Under the pieces are notes generated by a model. It saw only the letters and a list, made by a program, of their open reading frames with translations, was not told where the DNA came from and searched no databases. From NCBI GenBank assembly GCA_951406725.2, contig OX597818.1, positions 135,718,001 through 135,782,000 on the forward strand: a DNA stretch of 64,000 nt, given 5' to 3'. The position numbers were made by a program, and so were the translations under genes. Every line of letters begins with the position of its first letter. The first letter of the stretch is position 1. This DNA is from Octopus vulgaris (lineage: Eukaryota). Shown here piece by piece: positions 1-11,236 of the stretch.

Positions 1-53
1 CCTATTATATTTTTATAATTAAATATTATTAGGAGTTGTATAAAAAAAATTAA

Positions 54-219
54 GGAGTGGCTGTGTGGTAAGTAGCTTGTTTACCAACCACATGGTTCCG
101 GGTTCAGTCCCACTGCGTGGCACCTTGGGCAAGTGTCTTCTACTATTAGTCTCAGGCCGACCAAAGCCTTGTGAGTGGATTTGGTAGACGGAAACTGAAA
201 GAAGCCCGTCGTATATATG

Positions 220-254
<35 letters not shown>

Positions 255-460
255 TTGTGTGTCTGTGTTTGTTCCCCTAGCATTGCTTGACAACCGATGC
301 TGGTGTGTTTATGTCCCCGTTACTTAGCGGTTCGGCAAAAGAGACCGATAGAATAAGTACTGGGCTTACAAAAGAATAAGTCCCGGGGTCGATTTGCTCG
401 ACTAAAAGGCGGTGCTCCAGCATGGCCGCAGTCAAATGACTGAAACAAGTAAAAGAGTAA
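54..460 (+). mobile_element. tRNA-derived SINE family A (CORE-like), full length
   Basis: Head aggagtggctgtgtggtaag...gggttcagtccc has Pol III A/B-box-like motifs, followed by ccttgggcaagt, an internal (TA)n(TG)n tract and tail gactgaaacaagtaaaagagta. More than 10 copies occur in the window. Confidence 0.9.
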
Positions 461-755
461 TAATCTGTGTATTGTAGAAGTATGACCAATTTATTACACA
501 TAAATTTTAACAACAAGCGAGATATATTCTCCGTGACAAAACGCGGTGAGTAGCTTGTTCCCCAGTTGGAACGTGCCTCGGGAATATTTGGACTGATAAT
601 AACATAGCAATTTTATTTATCACTGCTTAGCACTCCGTAATTTACTTACGGTGAGCCGCTGTTATAGCGCTACCAGCTCACCATATATGGTGACTGGAGA
701 AGCATAAAAGAGAGGCAATTTCTTTGATTGGTTCGTAGCGTCGTCTGCCTGGTGT

Positions 756-800
756 CTGTAGCCGTCGAGGAAATAATTCCGAAATGCTAGCATCTCACAG
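756..800 (+). ncRNA. Type I hammerhead ribozyme candidate (variant core CCGUCGA)
   Basis: Reads ctgtag CCGTCGA GGAA-ataa-TTCC GAA ATGCTAGCAT C^ tcacag. Stem II is perfect and stem III is palindromic. Core positions U4 and A6 deviate from consensus. Confidence 0.55.
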
Positions 801-904
801 TCTGGGTAAGTGACGCTGCGAACTGATCTAGGTGTAAACACACCATTTGTCAACAAGTGAGATATACAGTGATCCTCGCTACTTCGCGGTTCAACTATCG
901 CGGA

Positions 905-949
<45 letters not shown>

Positions 950-951
<2 letters not shown>

Positions 952-1127
952 TGGAAGGTATTTATATTTAAGAAACACACAAAAGCCGTGTTTAATTTGT
1001 TGACAAATTAAACTTAAATGTTGGAGTAAGAACCTTTTGTGCGTTTCTTAAATGGCTTATAAACACCTTCCACGCTGCAAAGCACACGATCTCAGATCAA
1101 ATTACTTGCTATGCGAGTACATCTCCG

Positions 1128-1130
<3 letters not shown>
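950..1130 (+). mobile_element. PLE-type pLTR fragment with inverted 5' duplication, inserted in (TA)n
   Basis: 1001-1130 is homologous to 52383-52530. 951-1000 is a deleted inverted copy of 1003-1072. (TA)n lies on both sides. Confidence 0.6.
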
Positions 1131-1175
<45 letters not shown>

Positions 1176-1273
1176 ATAAAACGGTAAGATAACAAAAGAA
1201 AGAAAGAGACCTCAATATTATGTAAATAGAGGAAATTTATCTATACAATATATGTTACATTACTCGGTAGTCA

Positions 1274-1336
1274 AGATAAAACTCTGAGTTTCAGATGCCG
1301 AAGTGGAAATCCACAACACCATCTCTTCGGTTATCT
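1274..1336 (-). ncRNA. Type I hammerhead ribozyme candidate in PLE pLTR (U4C variant)
   Basis: Minus strand reads agataa CCGAAGA gatg...catc t GAA ACTCAGAGT T^ ttatct. Stem I is 6 bp and stem III is near-palindromic. It lies just 3' of the GIY-YIG ORF. Confidence 0.6.
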
Positions 1337-1531
1337 GGCTATTTGAAAACGTTATGAAAAAATACCGTTAAAAATGAAGGGAAATTACTCTGTTATAACT
1401 CTGCTTTGCCTGCGTACTTATACATCGCTCGCATTTTTCGTCATAAAAATTATATAAAAATACATAAAAAATATATAAAAATATATAAAAATATATAAAA
1501 TCTTCTTGGGACATAACACAGAAAGCATGTT

Positions 1532-2184
1532 CTATCCGTTTTCTTTAGGGGACCAAAAACGTAACAGAAATTTAGTCACATGTGGGCATGATCCGAAAAG
1601 TTCTGTCCTTGTATTTAGACATGTGGTAGGGTCTAAGCTGCTTTTCCAGATAAGCCATCTCTCCATGTCGCATAAACCGCACCTTCCGCTGCCGTTAGTA
1701 TAGGGCTTACATCTGGCCAAAATCTTCCATTGTATGTTATAATCGACACCTTTATCTCTTAAAGACCAAATATGATTGGATAATTGTGTCGCTTTTCTTT
1801 TGTTCCAGTGCCTAAAGCTCAAAGTGTGGTTATTGAACCTGGCCTTGAAATTACCCTCTGTCAGGCCCACGTATTTCTTCGTCAAAACGGTGTCTTTAGT
1901 GGTTATAGAGTTTACGGTAGCCTCATATATGATGGTCTTGGACATGCAAGCTCCATTTAGCGGGCACAATTCTTTATTCCTGCATGAACAGCTGTTTTCT
2001 TCTTGTGTTTTTTGTATGTTATGATTGATTATGTTTTTAAAATTGGTAGTTGAACTAAAACTAATTTTTAAATTGTGTCTATTGAAGAGTTTCCTATAAG
2101 CATGGTTAACTGGAAAATGTCTATCTATCAGTGCTAGGAAATATTTACCTATATTGAAGGCCACCTCGGGTGAGTAAGGGGGCG
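1532..2184 (-). CDS. PLE polyprotein C-terminus: Cys-rich linker and GIY-YIG endonuclease (no true start, 5'-truncated)
   Basis: PPYSPEVAFNIGK...CSCRNKELCPLNGAC...IIYEATV...KYVGLTEGNFKARFNNH...CGLCDMERWLI...LN shows the GIY/YIG, Arg, His, Glu and Asn motifs of PLE endonucleases. Confidence 0.85.
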
Positions 2185-2824
2185 TATATATATATATCTC
2201 CGTAATATATATATATATATATATATATATTACGGAGATATATATATATACGCCTAAAATTTTTCATTAAATCCATTAAAATATTAATAAATATTATTTC
2301 CTAGTCTAGGAACAACAAAACAAGCGTAAAATAGCAAAAAAGCATATACAGGGGTATTTGAATTTAAGACGGGCTGTGATTGGTGCAATGGAGAGAGACG
2401 ACGAATCACAGCTTTCTATTTTGTAATCTGGCCTGTCTAACAGTAACAATCTTTATTTTTTAAATCTAAAGTGTTATTGCTTAACAGTTGTCCTTGTTAT
2501 TAATAGACTACTGTAATGGGCGGGTTGTTAACACCACAGGGAGGGTTTTAAAAGTCCAAATACACGTTAAATAAATACTGTAAGTATGGTGTCCCTACTT
2601 CGCGGAAATTCAGGTATAGCGGCCGGTCTCGGAACCAATCTACCGCGATAAACGAGGGATCACTGTATTCTTCGTGACAAACTGCAGTGAGTCGCTTGTT
2701 CCGCAGTTTGAACGTGTCTCAGGCATATTTGGATTGATAATAACATTACAATTTTACTTATCACTAGTTAGTGCGCCCCCTCCGTAATTTAACAACAAAA
2801 TCTTATATGGACTCACCCCAAGTG

Positions 2825-3442
2825 AGCGGGAAGATCAAACTGACAGTGGTCAATATAAAGATCCTCACCCGGGAACAAAAAAAGATCTGCCTGGTGGGGT
2901 GTTAACAAGTGTGTAGAAAACGAATATGAAAAAAAATGCGCGCTAACAGCCTTGGGGGTTGGGAAGGGACTTTCGGAAAATTCACAAGATCCGATTTTTC
3001 CGTCATAACTTCGGGTAAAATGGATATATATTGATTTTTTTTTTACGGAATCCCACATTTTTGGTTATAGAGGATCCGATTCTGGAAAAAAAAAATTTCA
3101 AAGATCGCATTGTCAAAATTTTCTTTTGTTATTGCAGTTTTTTGAAATTTTGAAAATGCGATTTTTGAAAATTTTTTTTTTCAGAATTGGATCTTCCATA
3201 ACCAAAAACGTGGGATCCCGTAAAAAAAAGAATCAATATATATCCATTTTACTCGAAGTTATGATGGAAAAATCGAATCTTGTGAATTTTCTGAAAGTCC
3301 TCTCCTCACCCCCAGGATCGTCAGTGTGCATTTTTTTTCATATTCGTTTTCCATACACTTGTTAACAACCCCCAGGCTGGTTATTATTTTTTTTCCCCAG
3401 GTGAAGGTCTTTATATTGACCCTGATAGTTTGGTAACCCGCT
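2825..3442. mobile_element. Foldback (palindromic) MITE
   Basis: Imperfect inverted arms of about 295 bp run from agcggg... to ...cccgct around a short spacer near 3120-3145. Confidence 0.85.
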
Positions 3443-4050
3443 AAAATAAACGTTAAAAATCGAAAGGAGAAAAAAAATAGCTTTGCAAGTTTAACTCAGT
3501 GTTTATTGAACAAGAGAGGTGCAAAATTTAAGAAGCGATTTGTTAGAATATACATGTCTGTGAGGAGACATAAACAAGAATAGCAAAAATCTACAATACC
3601 AATAGAACTGGTAATACATACATTACAAGTGTTCTTTGAAGAGAACATAAGATTGCTGCATAATTCAACATGAATGTGAGACAACATTAAACATCGTATA
3701 AGGTAAATGAAGGTTTCTGTGGGAACGCTAAAAGTCATATTCACTTAGTGAGTTTACATACATGAGGATGAATTGTGATGTTGCCATCGGTGTTAGATGC
3801 AGTGAAAGCTGGTAGCGGTGATATCAACAGTGACAAATTTCATTGTCTTGTAACATGGAGAAAGTGAGCAATAGCTTCCTGATGTTAATGCAAGCTAGAC
3901 CCCGCAAGCAGAGAAAAACTAATCTATTTAAAGAAATTGCTGGTTCTCCACATAGATGTGAAAGGTTTTTCCGCCAAAAGAACACATGATCTATTTGAGG
4001 GCATCTGATTGGTTGACCAGGTAATTTGGCGTAATTGTTTAGGGGACAGT

Positions 4051-4295
4051 GGAGGCAAGTGACTTAGTGGTTAGGGTGTTGAACTCATGATCGTAAGGTT
4101 GTGGTTTCAAATCCTGGACTGGGTGATGTGTTGTGTTTCTGAGCAAAACACTTCATTTCACATTGCTCCAGTCCATTCAGCTGGCAAAAATGAGTAATCC
4201 TGCGACGGACCAGCGTTCCATCCAGGTGGGGAATTTCTACGCCACTGAAACCAGGAAACTGGCCCTTATGAGCCTGGCATGGCTCGAGAAGGAAC
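4051..4295 (+). mobile_element. tRNA-derived SINE family C-type
   Basis: Head ggaggcaagtgacttagtggttaggg...ggtttcaaatcc, then tgagcaaaacacttcatttcac. A related decayed copy lies at 5581-5830. Confidence 0.75.
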
Positions 4296-4857
4296 ATTTA
4301 TTTTTTAGGGGACAAATTGCACCTAAAAACTAACCAATCAAAACAAACGGTTTAAACATAATCTTTATAGCTAAGTGTTCTCTGTTACATCCAAACAAAA
4401 ACTATAAATGAAAGGGAGACAGAATAGTTTGTCATTTCTGCTTTTGTCAATCCATTCTGCACTACAGACCATATGGACCCTGGTTGAAAACCACTGATCT
4501 AGATGATAGGACATGGAGAACCTCTGTGCAGAGGTGAAACTATTACTTCTTTGCTAAAGTCTACCTCAGTTTGGTGTGTTTCAACATTTATTTGTAAATT
4601 CATCGAGCAGAAATGGTATATAGGCAAAAACAACAGCTATAAAAGTCATAAAATAAGAACTATACAAACATCAGAACTTTCCTAACATGTTAATCTTATT
4701 CTCCAAGGAGTGACTGTGTGGTAAGTAGCTTGCTTACCAATCACATGGTTCCGGGTTCAGTCCCACTGCGTGACACCTCGGGCCAACCAAAGCCTTGTGA
4801 GTGGATTTCATAGACAGAAACTGAAAGAAGCCCATCGTATATATGTTTATATATATA

Positions 4858-5203
4858 TCAATCAATATAAGGGTAACAAAAAATTCAAGAAAAATTTTCT
4901 GCCACCAGCGGTCAAGTGAGAAAATAGAAATAGTCACAGACTATATGATACATTCAACAAAATATTAAGGAATGACCCTGAGAAGGTCGTTCGACTCACT
5001 TGAAAAGAGCAGCTAAAACTCAAAACCGCAAAAAATAGTAGTAATTCTGAAACTAGAGGAAAATAAAAATAAAAAAGGGGATAAATGTTTTTTATTTTCC
5101 TCTAGTTTCAGAATTACTACTATTTTTTGCGGTTTTGAGTTTTAGCTGCTCTTTTCAAGTGAGTCGAACGACCTTCTCAGGGTCATTCCTTAATATTTTG
5201 TTT
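4858..5203. mobile_element. (TA)n-flanked insertion with a perfect inverted repeat of about 114 bp (PLE-like inverted end)
   Basis: 4956-5069 is the exact reverse complement of about 5089-5202, with a 19-nt spacer. Confidence 0.65.
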
Positions 5204-6107
5204 ATATATATATATATAATGGTCTAGACTGTGATTCCTTGCTCTGCTATTCAGATTCATTAATGATAAAAGAAAATTATATCAAAAGTGAGGTAGACGC
5301 AAACATAGGTTTATGGATAGAATTTACTATGAAACTACATAGCCTTTTGTTCTGTCTCACTGTGTGGTGCCATGGGCAAGTGTCTTCTACTGTAGCCTGA
5401 CCAGTGCTTTATGAATGAAATTGGTTAACAAAAACTATATGGAGGCCTGGTCACTGTGATCTTTCTGTCACATCTTCACCATCTCTCTCTCTCCTTCTCT
5501 CTCTCCCCCTTCTCTCCCCCTATCTCCATCTGAGGTGGCCATATCTTTCTTCTAATGCCAAATCCCTAAATACTACACATGGAGTTGCATGGCTTGGTGG
5601 TGGTTGAGGTACTGGATTCTTGATTGTAAAATTGTGGTTTCGATTCCTGGACTGGGCAACACATTGTGTTCTTGAGCAAGACACTTCTTTTCACATTGCA
5701 CCGGTCCACTCGGCTGGCAAGGATGAGTAGTCCGGCGACGGACTGGCTTTCTTTCTAGGAGGGGAATATATGCGCCATGAAACCGGGAAACCAGCCCTTA
5801 TGAGTTAGTATGGCTTACAAAGGTCGCTATTACTCACCAGACACTGATCAGCCAAAGGCTATAGGAAACAACATTTGCCAGAGATACTGTGTAACAAAAC
5901 CGGAAACTACATACAGCTGTGTTTATCTGTCTAACAGTAAAAACAGGAAACAGTTGTAAGAATTCAATTGTTTTAGGTGCGCAAGAAATAGGAAAGGCTA
6001 GGAAATGTTTGCATTAGATAATGTAGCCCTAGATAACTTTAAAATAATTGCATGGTCATAGCTGGAATACTTTTGTTCATAGGAGTGTTTCAAAGTAAAA
6101 AAAAAAA

Positions 6108-6417
6108 ATATTCGAGCGAGGTTGTTACTCGTGCTGCTGGACTGGCTCTTGTGCAGGTGGCACATAAAAAACACCCTTTGAGCACAGCCGTTGCCAGTAC
6201 TGCCTGACTGGCCCTTGTGCTGGTGGCATGTAAAAGCATCCACTGCACTCTCAGACAGAGTGGTTGGCATTAGGAAGGGCACCCAGCTGTAGAAACTCTG
6301 CCAAATCAGATTGGAGTCTGGTGCAGCCATCTGGTTCACCAGTCCTCAATCAAATCGTGCAACCCATGCCAGCATGGAAAGCCGACGTTAAACGATGATG
6401 ATGATGATGATGATGAT
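6108..6417 (+). mobile_element. RTE LINE 3'-end copy
   Basis: ggttggcattaggaaggg...aacccatgccagcatggaaa...(GAT)n tail, the same sequence as the 3' UTR of the RTE at 28231-30500. Confidence 0.8.
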
Positions 6418-7564
6418 ATATATATGTATGCATGTGTGTTTGTGTGTCTATTTTTGTCCCCACCACCATCGCTTGACAACTGATGTTGGTGTGTTTACGT
6501 CCACCGTAACTTAGCAGTTTGGCAAAAAAGATTGATAGAACAAGTACTAGGCTTACAAAGAATAAGTCCTGGAGTCGATTTGTTTGACTAAAGGCGGTAC
6601 TCCAGCATGGCCACAGTCAAATAACTGAAATGAATAAAAGAATATTAATCTTATTCTCCATATTTTATCAAATTTTTCTTAACAAGAAATACATGAGAAA
6701 ATAAAGTAATGGAGATATACAACTCACTGATGTAATATTTTGTAGGAATTAAATTATTAAAGTCACCCAGAGATGGAGAGAGCAGAGATACAAATGACTT
6801 TTACTGGATCTTCCCCAAAACTGAGGGACAATGGCACTTTTAATGATTTCTGTAGGTCCTCCTTTCTGACTTGGCAAGATTAACATGGTGATGATTAGTC
6901 TGAAGGTCAATATCATTGACCATAACCTCTGCTGGCTATTGAGATTGATGCAGCTGTTACCTAGCTGGATGGACAGCATGAGGACAATGTAGGTAAGGGA
7001 CAATTATAATTGAGTAAATTCTGCTAAATGTACTCAAAGACCAGCAAAGATTTTTACTTACTTGTGTGTATTTTGATATAAAACATATGGAGACATCTGC
7101 TAATATGTATTGATTATAGATAGAAAATAAAGAAAATCTTGGAAGTTAAAATTGTTGGATGTATATAATTTGAGGTAGACAATAGAAAATAGTAATGTTT
7201 AAGCTGTGACACAGAACTTTTCTGTTTTGCGATCGAAGAAAATATAAACAGGCTGTAAAAAAAGATTTAAATTTAAAGAAAAAAGAGTAAAAATAATGGA
7301 ACAAAAATAAAATAAATTTTAGAAAAATATAATAATAAAGTTGAAAATGTAAAAGGAAAGATACACACACACACACATATTCATATATACACACACATAT
7401 ACAAACACATATCTGAATATTTGTATATATCATCATTATTGTCGCTTAAAGCAGATGTTAAACAATGATGATGATGATGATATATACAAATATAGATATA
7501 CATAAATACACACACACACACATATATATTATTATTAAAAAAGAATATTATATATATATATATT

Positions 7565-7912
7565 ATCATCATCATCATCATCATCATCATCATTTAGCGT
7601 CCGTTTTCCATGCTAGCATGGGTTGGACGGTTCAACTGGGGTCTGTGAAGCTGGAAGGCTTCATCAGGCCCAGTCAGATCTGGCAGTGTTTATACGGCTG
7701 GATGCCCTTCCTAACGCCAACCACTCCGTCAGTGTAGTGGGTGCTTTTTACGTGCCACCTGCACAGGTGCCAGACAGAGCTGGCAAACGGCCACGAACGG
7801 ATGGTGCTTTTACGTGTCACCGGCACGGGGGCCAGGCGAGGCTGGCAACGGACACGAACAGATGGTGCTTTTACGTGCCACCGACACGGGGGCCAGACAG
7901 AGCTGGCAAATG

Positions 7913-7916
<4 letters not shown>
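7565..7916 (-). mobile_element. RTE LINE 3'-end copy with about 62-bp tandem units
   Basis: (CAT)n, then the conserved RTE 3' UTR, then three gtgcttttacgtgccacc units. Confidence 0.85.
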
Positions 7917-7948
<32 letters not shown>

Positions 7949-8041
7949 TAGATATATAGATATATATATTTATTTATTTATTCATTTTTCTTAAACAAGA
8001 ATATTATTGACCAGCTAAGCTAAAATATGTATATGCTTATA

Positions 8042-8400
8042 TATCTACTGCATATGTGGAAAATCGGTGTGCTTCTCTGTGGCGTTGTTAGCTAACTCCT
8101 CCTACATCGTTTTATTGATTTTGATGAAACTTGATACATGAGTAGAACTCATGTCTGGAAACCTCGTGACATACTTGGATTGTTGAAAAAATTGATAATA
8201 CGGCCCCTGGAAGGGACCTTTGTATCAACCTCATATAACTATTTTTTTAAACACCCAAGGGAAATAACCCATCGCACCTGTACAATACTGAAAGAGAAAG
8301 AAAAATTACAATGATATAGATGTGTAGATGCAAAATTTATTTTAAATAAAAACCAAAGACTATTTCATATATATTATATTGGCTATTTATAATGCAAAGC
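8042..8400 (+). mobile_element. Possible non-autonomous Helitron-like fragment
   Basis: Starts a|tctac and carries a gattttgatgaaacttg motif seen in Helitron/HINE-type non-autonomous elements. The 3' end was not identified. Confidence 0.35.
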
Positions 8401-8797
8401 TATATCAACACGCATGAAATATTAGGTGTGTTGTTTTATGTCTAAGTTGTCTGATGTCCATTATAACAGACAGGGTGTTATATTACAACATAAATCTTAA
8501 ATGGTAACAAATAATATTAGTCATCTCACCTATGATCATAAAATAGCGCATAAGAAACCACAATAATGCCCACAGAATTAAATAATTAGAAATAATTGGC
8601 TTACTATTTACTGTGCATCCTGCTTGTACTCACCATGTTGCACAACTGTGGTTGTTACAAGTTATGGTGCAAGCATTTGTTGAAACAGACTGCATATGTA
8701 TTAAGAACGTGTTTCATTCTTTGATACAGATCATACACAAACCACAATTTGTATCAAGTATTTGTTTTATACCTTCATAAATCAAGTGTCAGTTTAA

Positions 8798-9018
8798 CCC
8801 TTTAGCATTTAAACCGGCCATATCCGGCCAAAAGTATTCTGCCTATTTTATGCTCAAACTGGCCAGATCTGGTCTCTCACACCAACCCTACAATATTGTT
8901 TTAAAAATTAACAGCTACCTCATCAAAATCTCAAAGCTACAAGATAATGCCTGATTAGTTCAAGGCAATGTGGATGAAAAAGCATTAATTTTGGTAGAAT
9001 AATGCGAACACTAAAGGG
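8798..9018. mobile_element. piggyBac-like TTAA MITE (family 1)
   Basis: TTAA|ccctttag...ctaaaggg|TTAA. Related copies start at 33637, 46738, 49014 and 54797. Confidence 0.85.
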
Positions 9019-9177
9019 TTAAACAGACGATAAGCATGAATAGGTTAAGGTGGAAATGTGATCAGTGTGAGATTTGGTGGCTATTTCTTTGTAAGTCTAA
9101 AAATTGCATAGTAAATCATTATAGTAAATCGAGATCATTTTCATTGTTGTCATCATTGTTGCCACCACTGCCACCGT

Positions 9178-9450
9178 CTTCATCATCATCATCATCATAA
9201 TTTAACATCTGTTTTACATGCTGGCATGGGTTGGACAGCTTGACATGAACTGGCAAGGCCAGGGGCTACACCAGGTTCCATAGTCTGTTTTGGCTTGGTT
9301 TCTACAGTTGGATGCCCTCCTAATGCTTGCAACCACTTTACAGAGTATACTAGGTACATTTTATGAGGAACTATTACCAGTGCTTTTTACATAGCATCAG
9401 CATTACTGCTTTCTATGTGGCACCGGCACCCACACTAGTGCATGGCACCT
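9178..9450 (-). mobile_element. RTE LINE 3'-end copy (decayed)
   Basis: (CAT)n followed by catgctggcatgggttggac...ggatgccctcctaatgc. Confidence 0.7.
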
Positions 9451-10002
9451 TGGTTGATTAATTGAATATAATTAAGATGGTTTTGAATCTTTTTCTATTT
9501 GGCCAGCTCTGCAGCAAAGAGAGAAGAACTATATTCACTAAGACTCAAGGTTGGAGCTGGTATTTATCATTAATAAAACCAAGGATCTAGAACTAACTGT
9601 TGACTCTTAAAAGAATCTTAGAGCCCTTTGAAGCATTTATATACATACCTATTCACATACATATCCAGTAGATGGTTTGATAGTTTCAAAGAGACTCCAC
9701 TGCAACTTCATGCATCTATAACTGTTATCTAACTGTTAAAATCATGGCTATACTCATGTTATCAGTGTCTTCATATTTTTGCTGAAAATCTTTCATTTTT
9801 GCCTGGTGTAGCCTGAGGTAAAAGTTTCAAGATTTCTGAGGTAAATTTGAGAATTCTAGTGAGGAAATTATTTTTAGACTATCATTATTTGCCCTAATTT
9901 TGCTAGATCTATTTTCTTTTCCAAGACTAATTAAAGATGTAAGTTATATATAACAAATTATGGTATATACAAAACTACTTTTTTTCCCCCTTATTCTATA
10001 TA

Positions 10003-10873
10003 CAGGGTGTTTGGGCTAAATTTGATTATTAAGTCTCCTCTTTTTTTTCAGGAACAGCTTGAACAGTCAACGGTGTTGGAGTGCATAAAGATAAAAGTTG
10101 TATTTGAGAAAAAGTTAACTGACATGGAGGACTAGAACCCATCTGAATATTGGAAAAAAGTTGATTGTTTCATGATGATTTGCTCTGGTTATCAAAATAC
10201 TAACATCTTGACTGATGCTCAATGCTCTGTGAATGCTGTAAAGGTTGTAAGGCATGACATAGACAGCTGCAATGGAGACCAAAAAGCCATGGCCATCAGA
10301 AAGGGACATGACAAGCATTCTGACTGCATCCACTCATTTCCACATCCTTGAACAGAGCCTTAGGCTCAATTCAGATGGCTATGTGAAGCTGCCTGAGACC
10401 GTGGTCAAACCTGGCTTGAAAAGTCTGCTGCTGGAAAGCCATATGTGTGGCAGCAGGATTCAGCTCTTTGCCATACCTCAGGAAAGAGTCAGAAGTAGTT
10501 GTCAGAAAATTTCTATGACTTCACCATCCCCAATGTCTGGCCTCCTAATTCCCTTGATTTGGATTATTATGTGTGGGACACAGTTAAAAAAGACACCAAC
10601 CACTCTGCCTATAACACCAAGGCCAAGTAGGTTGCCAAGTTCAAAGAGGTGTTTGAAGATTTTCCCAGGGACACTGAGGAATGCATGCCCCAGGTTCTGG
10701 AGCCATCTTGAGGTCATGGCAGAAGCTCAAGGTGGCTACTTTGAGTAAACTGTTATCTTCCAGCTATAATCTAGTTGATGTATTTTGATTTTTTAAAATA
10801 CTTTTATTTTTGGATGGAATATTGTTTTTTTTTTCCTCCTATGCAAACTGTCAGATTTAGACCAAACACCTTG
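10003..10873 (+). mobile_element. Internally deleted DD37D (maT-type) Tc1/mariner element
   Basis: TIRs cagggtgtttgggctaaatttga and tcagatttagaccaaacaccttg. Frameshifted transposase remnants YVWQQDSALCH and WPPNSLDLDYYVW. Confidence 0.8.
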
Positions 10874-11020
10874 TTGGTGCAGGCATGGCTGTATGGTTAA
10901 GAAATTTGGTTCCCAAATAGATGGTTTTGGTTTTAGTGTGTAAGTGTCTTCTACTAAAGCTCTGTGAGTAGATTTGGTAGGTGAAAACTGAAAGAAGCTT
11001 ATGATATTTAAATATATATA

Positions 11021-11236
11021 TGAGGCTGTACTGGAAAGTTCTTGGCTTAAGGATATTGCAAAAGGCTTGGCTGGAGGCCCAACCATCTGAATTCTTTTAA
11101 AGACCTTAGAAAAACTGAAAGACTGCTGCAATAAGTGTGTGAATCTGAGAAGGGAATATGTTGAATAAAATCATAATTAACTGATCCTCCAGTATTTTCT
11201 TTACCCAAAGCCAGGAACTTTTCAGTACCCACTCCA
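11021..11236 (+). mobile_element. mariner-derived MITE
   Basis: TIRs tgaggctgtactggaaagttcttgg and ccaggaacttttcagtacccactcca, with TA flanks. Retains the C-terminal NKCVNLRREYVE* of a mariner transposase. Confidence 0.65.

Larger units (their letters stand above)
1173..2184 (-). mobile_element. 5'-truncated Penelope-like retroelement (GIY-YIG domain plus pLTR with HHR) inserted in (TA)n
   Basis: A GIY-YIG ORF is followed by an AT-rich pLTR containing an HHR fold. (TA)n tracts flank both ends. Confidence 0.85.
867..2665. mobile_element. pogo/Tigger-like non-autonomous element with nested PLE insertions
   Basis: TIRs cagtgatcctcg...cgcgg and ccgcg...cgagggatcactg, with TA on both sides. The paralogous empty site gagatatattc at 519-529 supports a TA target duplication. 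Confidence 0.8.
511..2787 (+). mobile_element. HHR-bearing 340-bp non-coding unit present as about 1.4 tandem copies (retrozyme or PLE pLTR-like), interrupted by nested insertions
   Basis: 511-643 is repeated at 851-866 plus 2668-2790 (period 340). The direct repeat tttaacaacaa flanks it at 506-516 and 2788-2798. An HHR fold lies at 756-800. Confidence 0.6.
4706..6644 (+). mobile_element. SINE family A split by about 1.55 kb of internal sequence
   Basis: Head at 4706-4850 and tail at 6430-6644. The 16-bp direct repeat ttaatcttattctcca flanks it at 4690-4705 and 6645-6660. Confidence 0.7.

Noticed and set aside
81-516. Recurrent short ORFs such as ...DTCPRCHAVGLNPEPCGW and ...LQLDALPNANH
   Set aside because: They are translations of SINE and RTE-UTR repeats, not a gene family.
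4970-5012. Hammerhead-like ctgagaag...gaaa
   Set aside because: Core spacing is wrong and consistent stems I and III could not be drawn.
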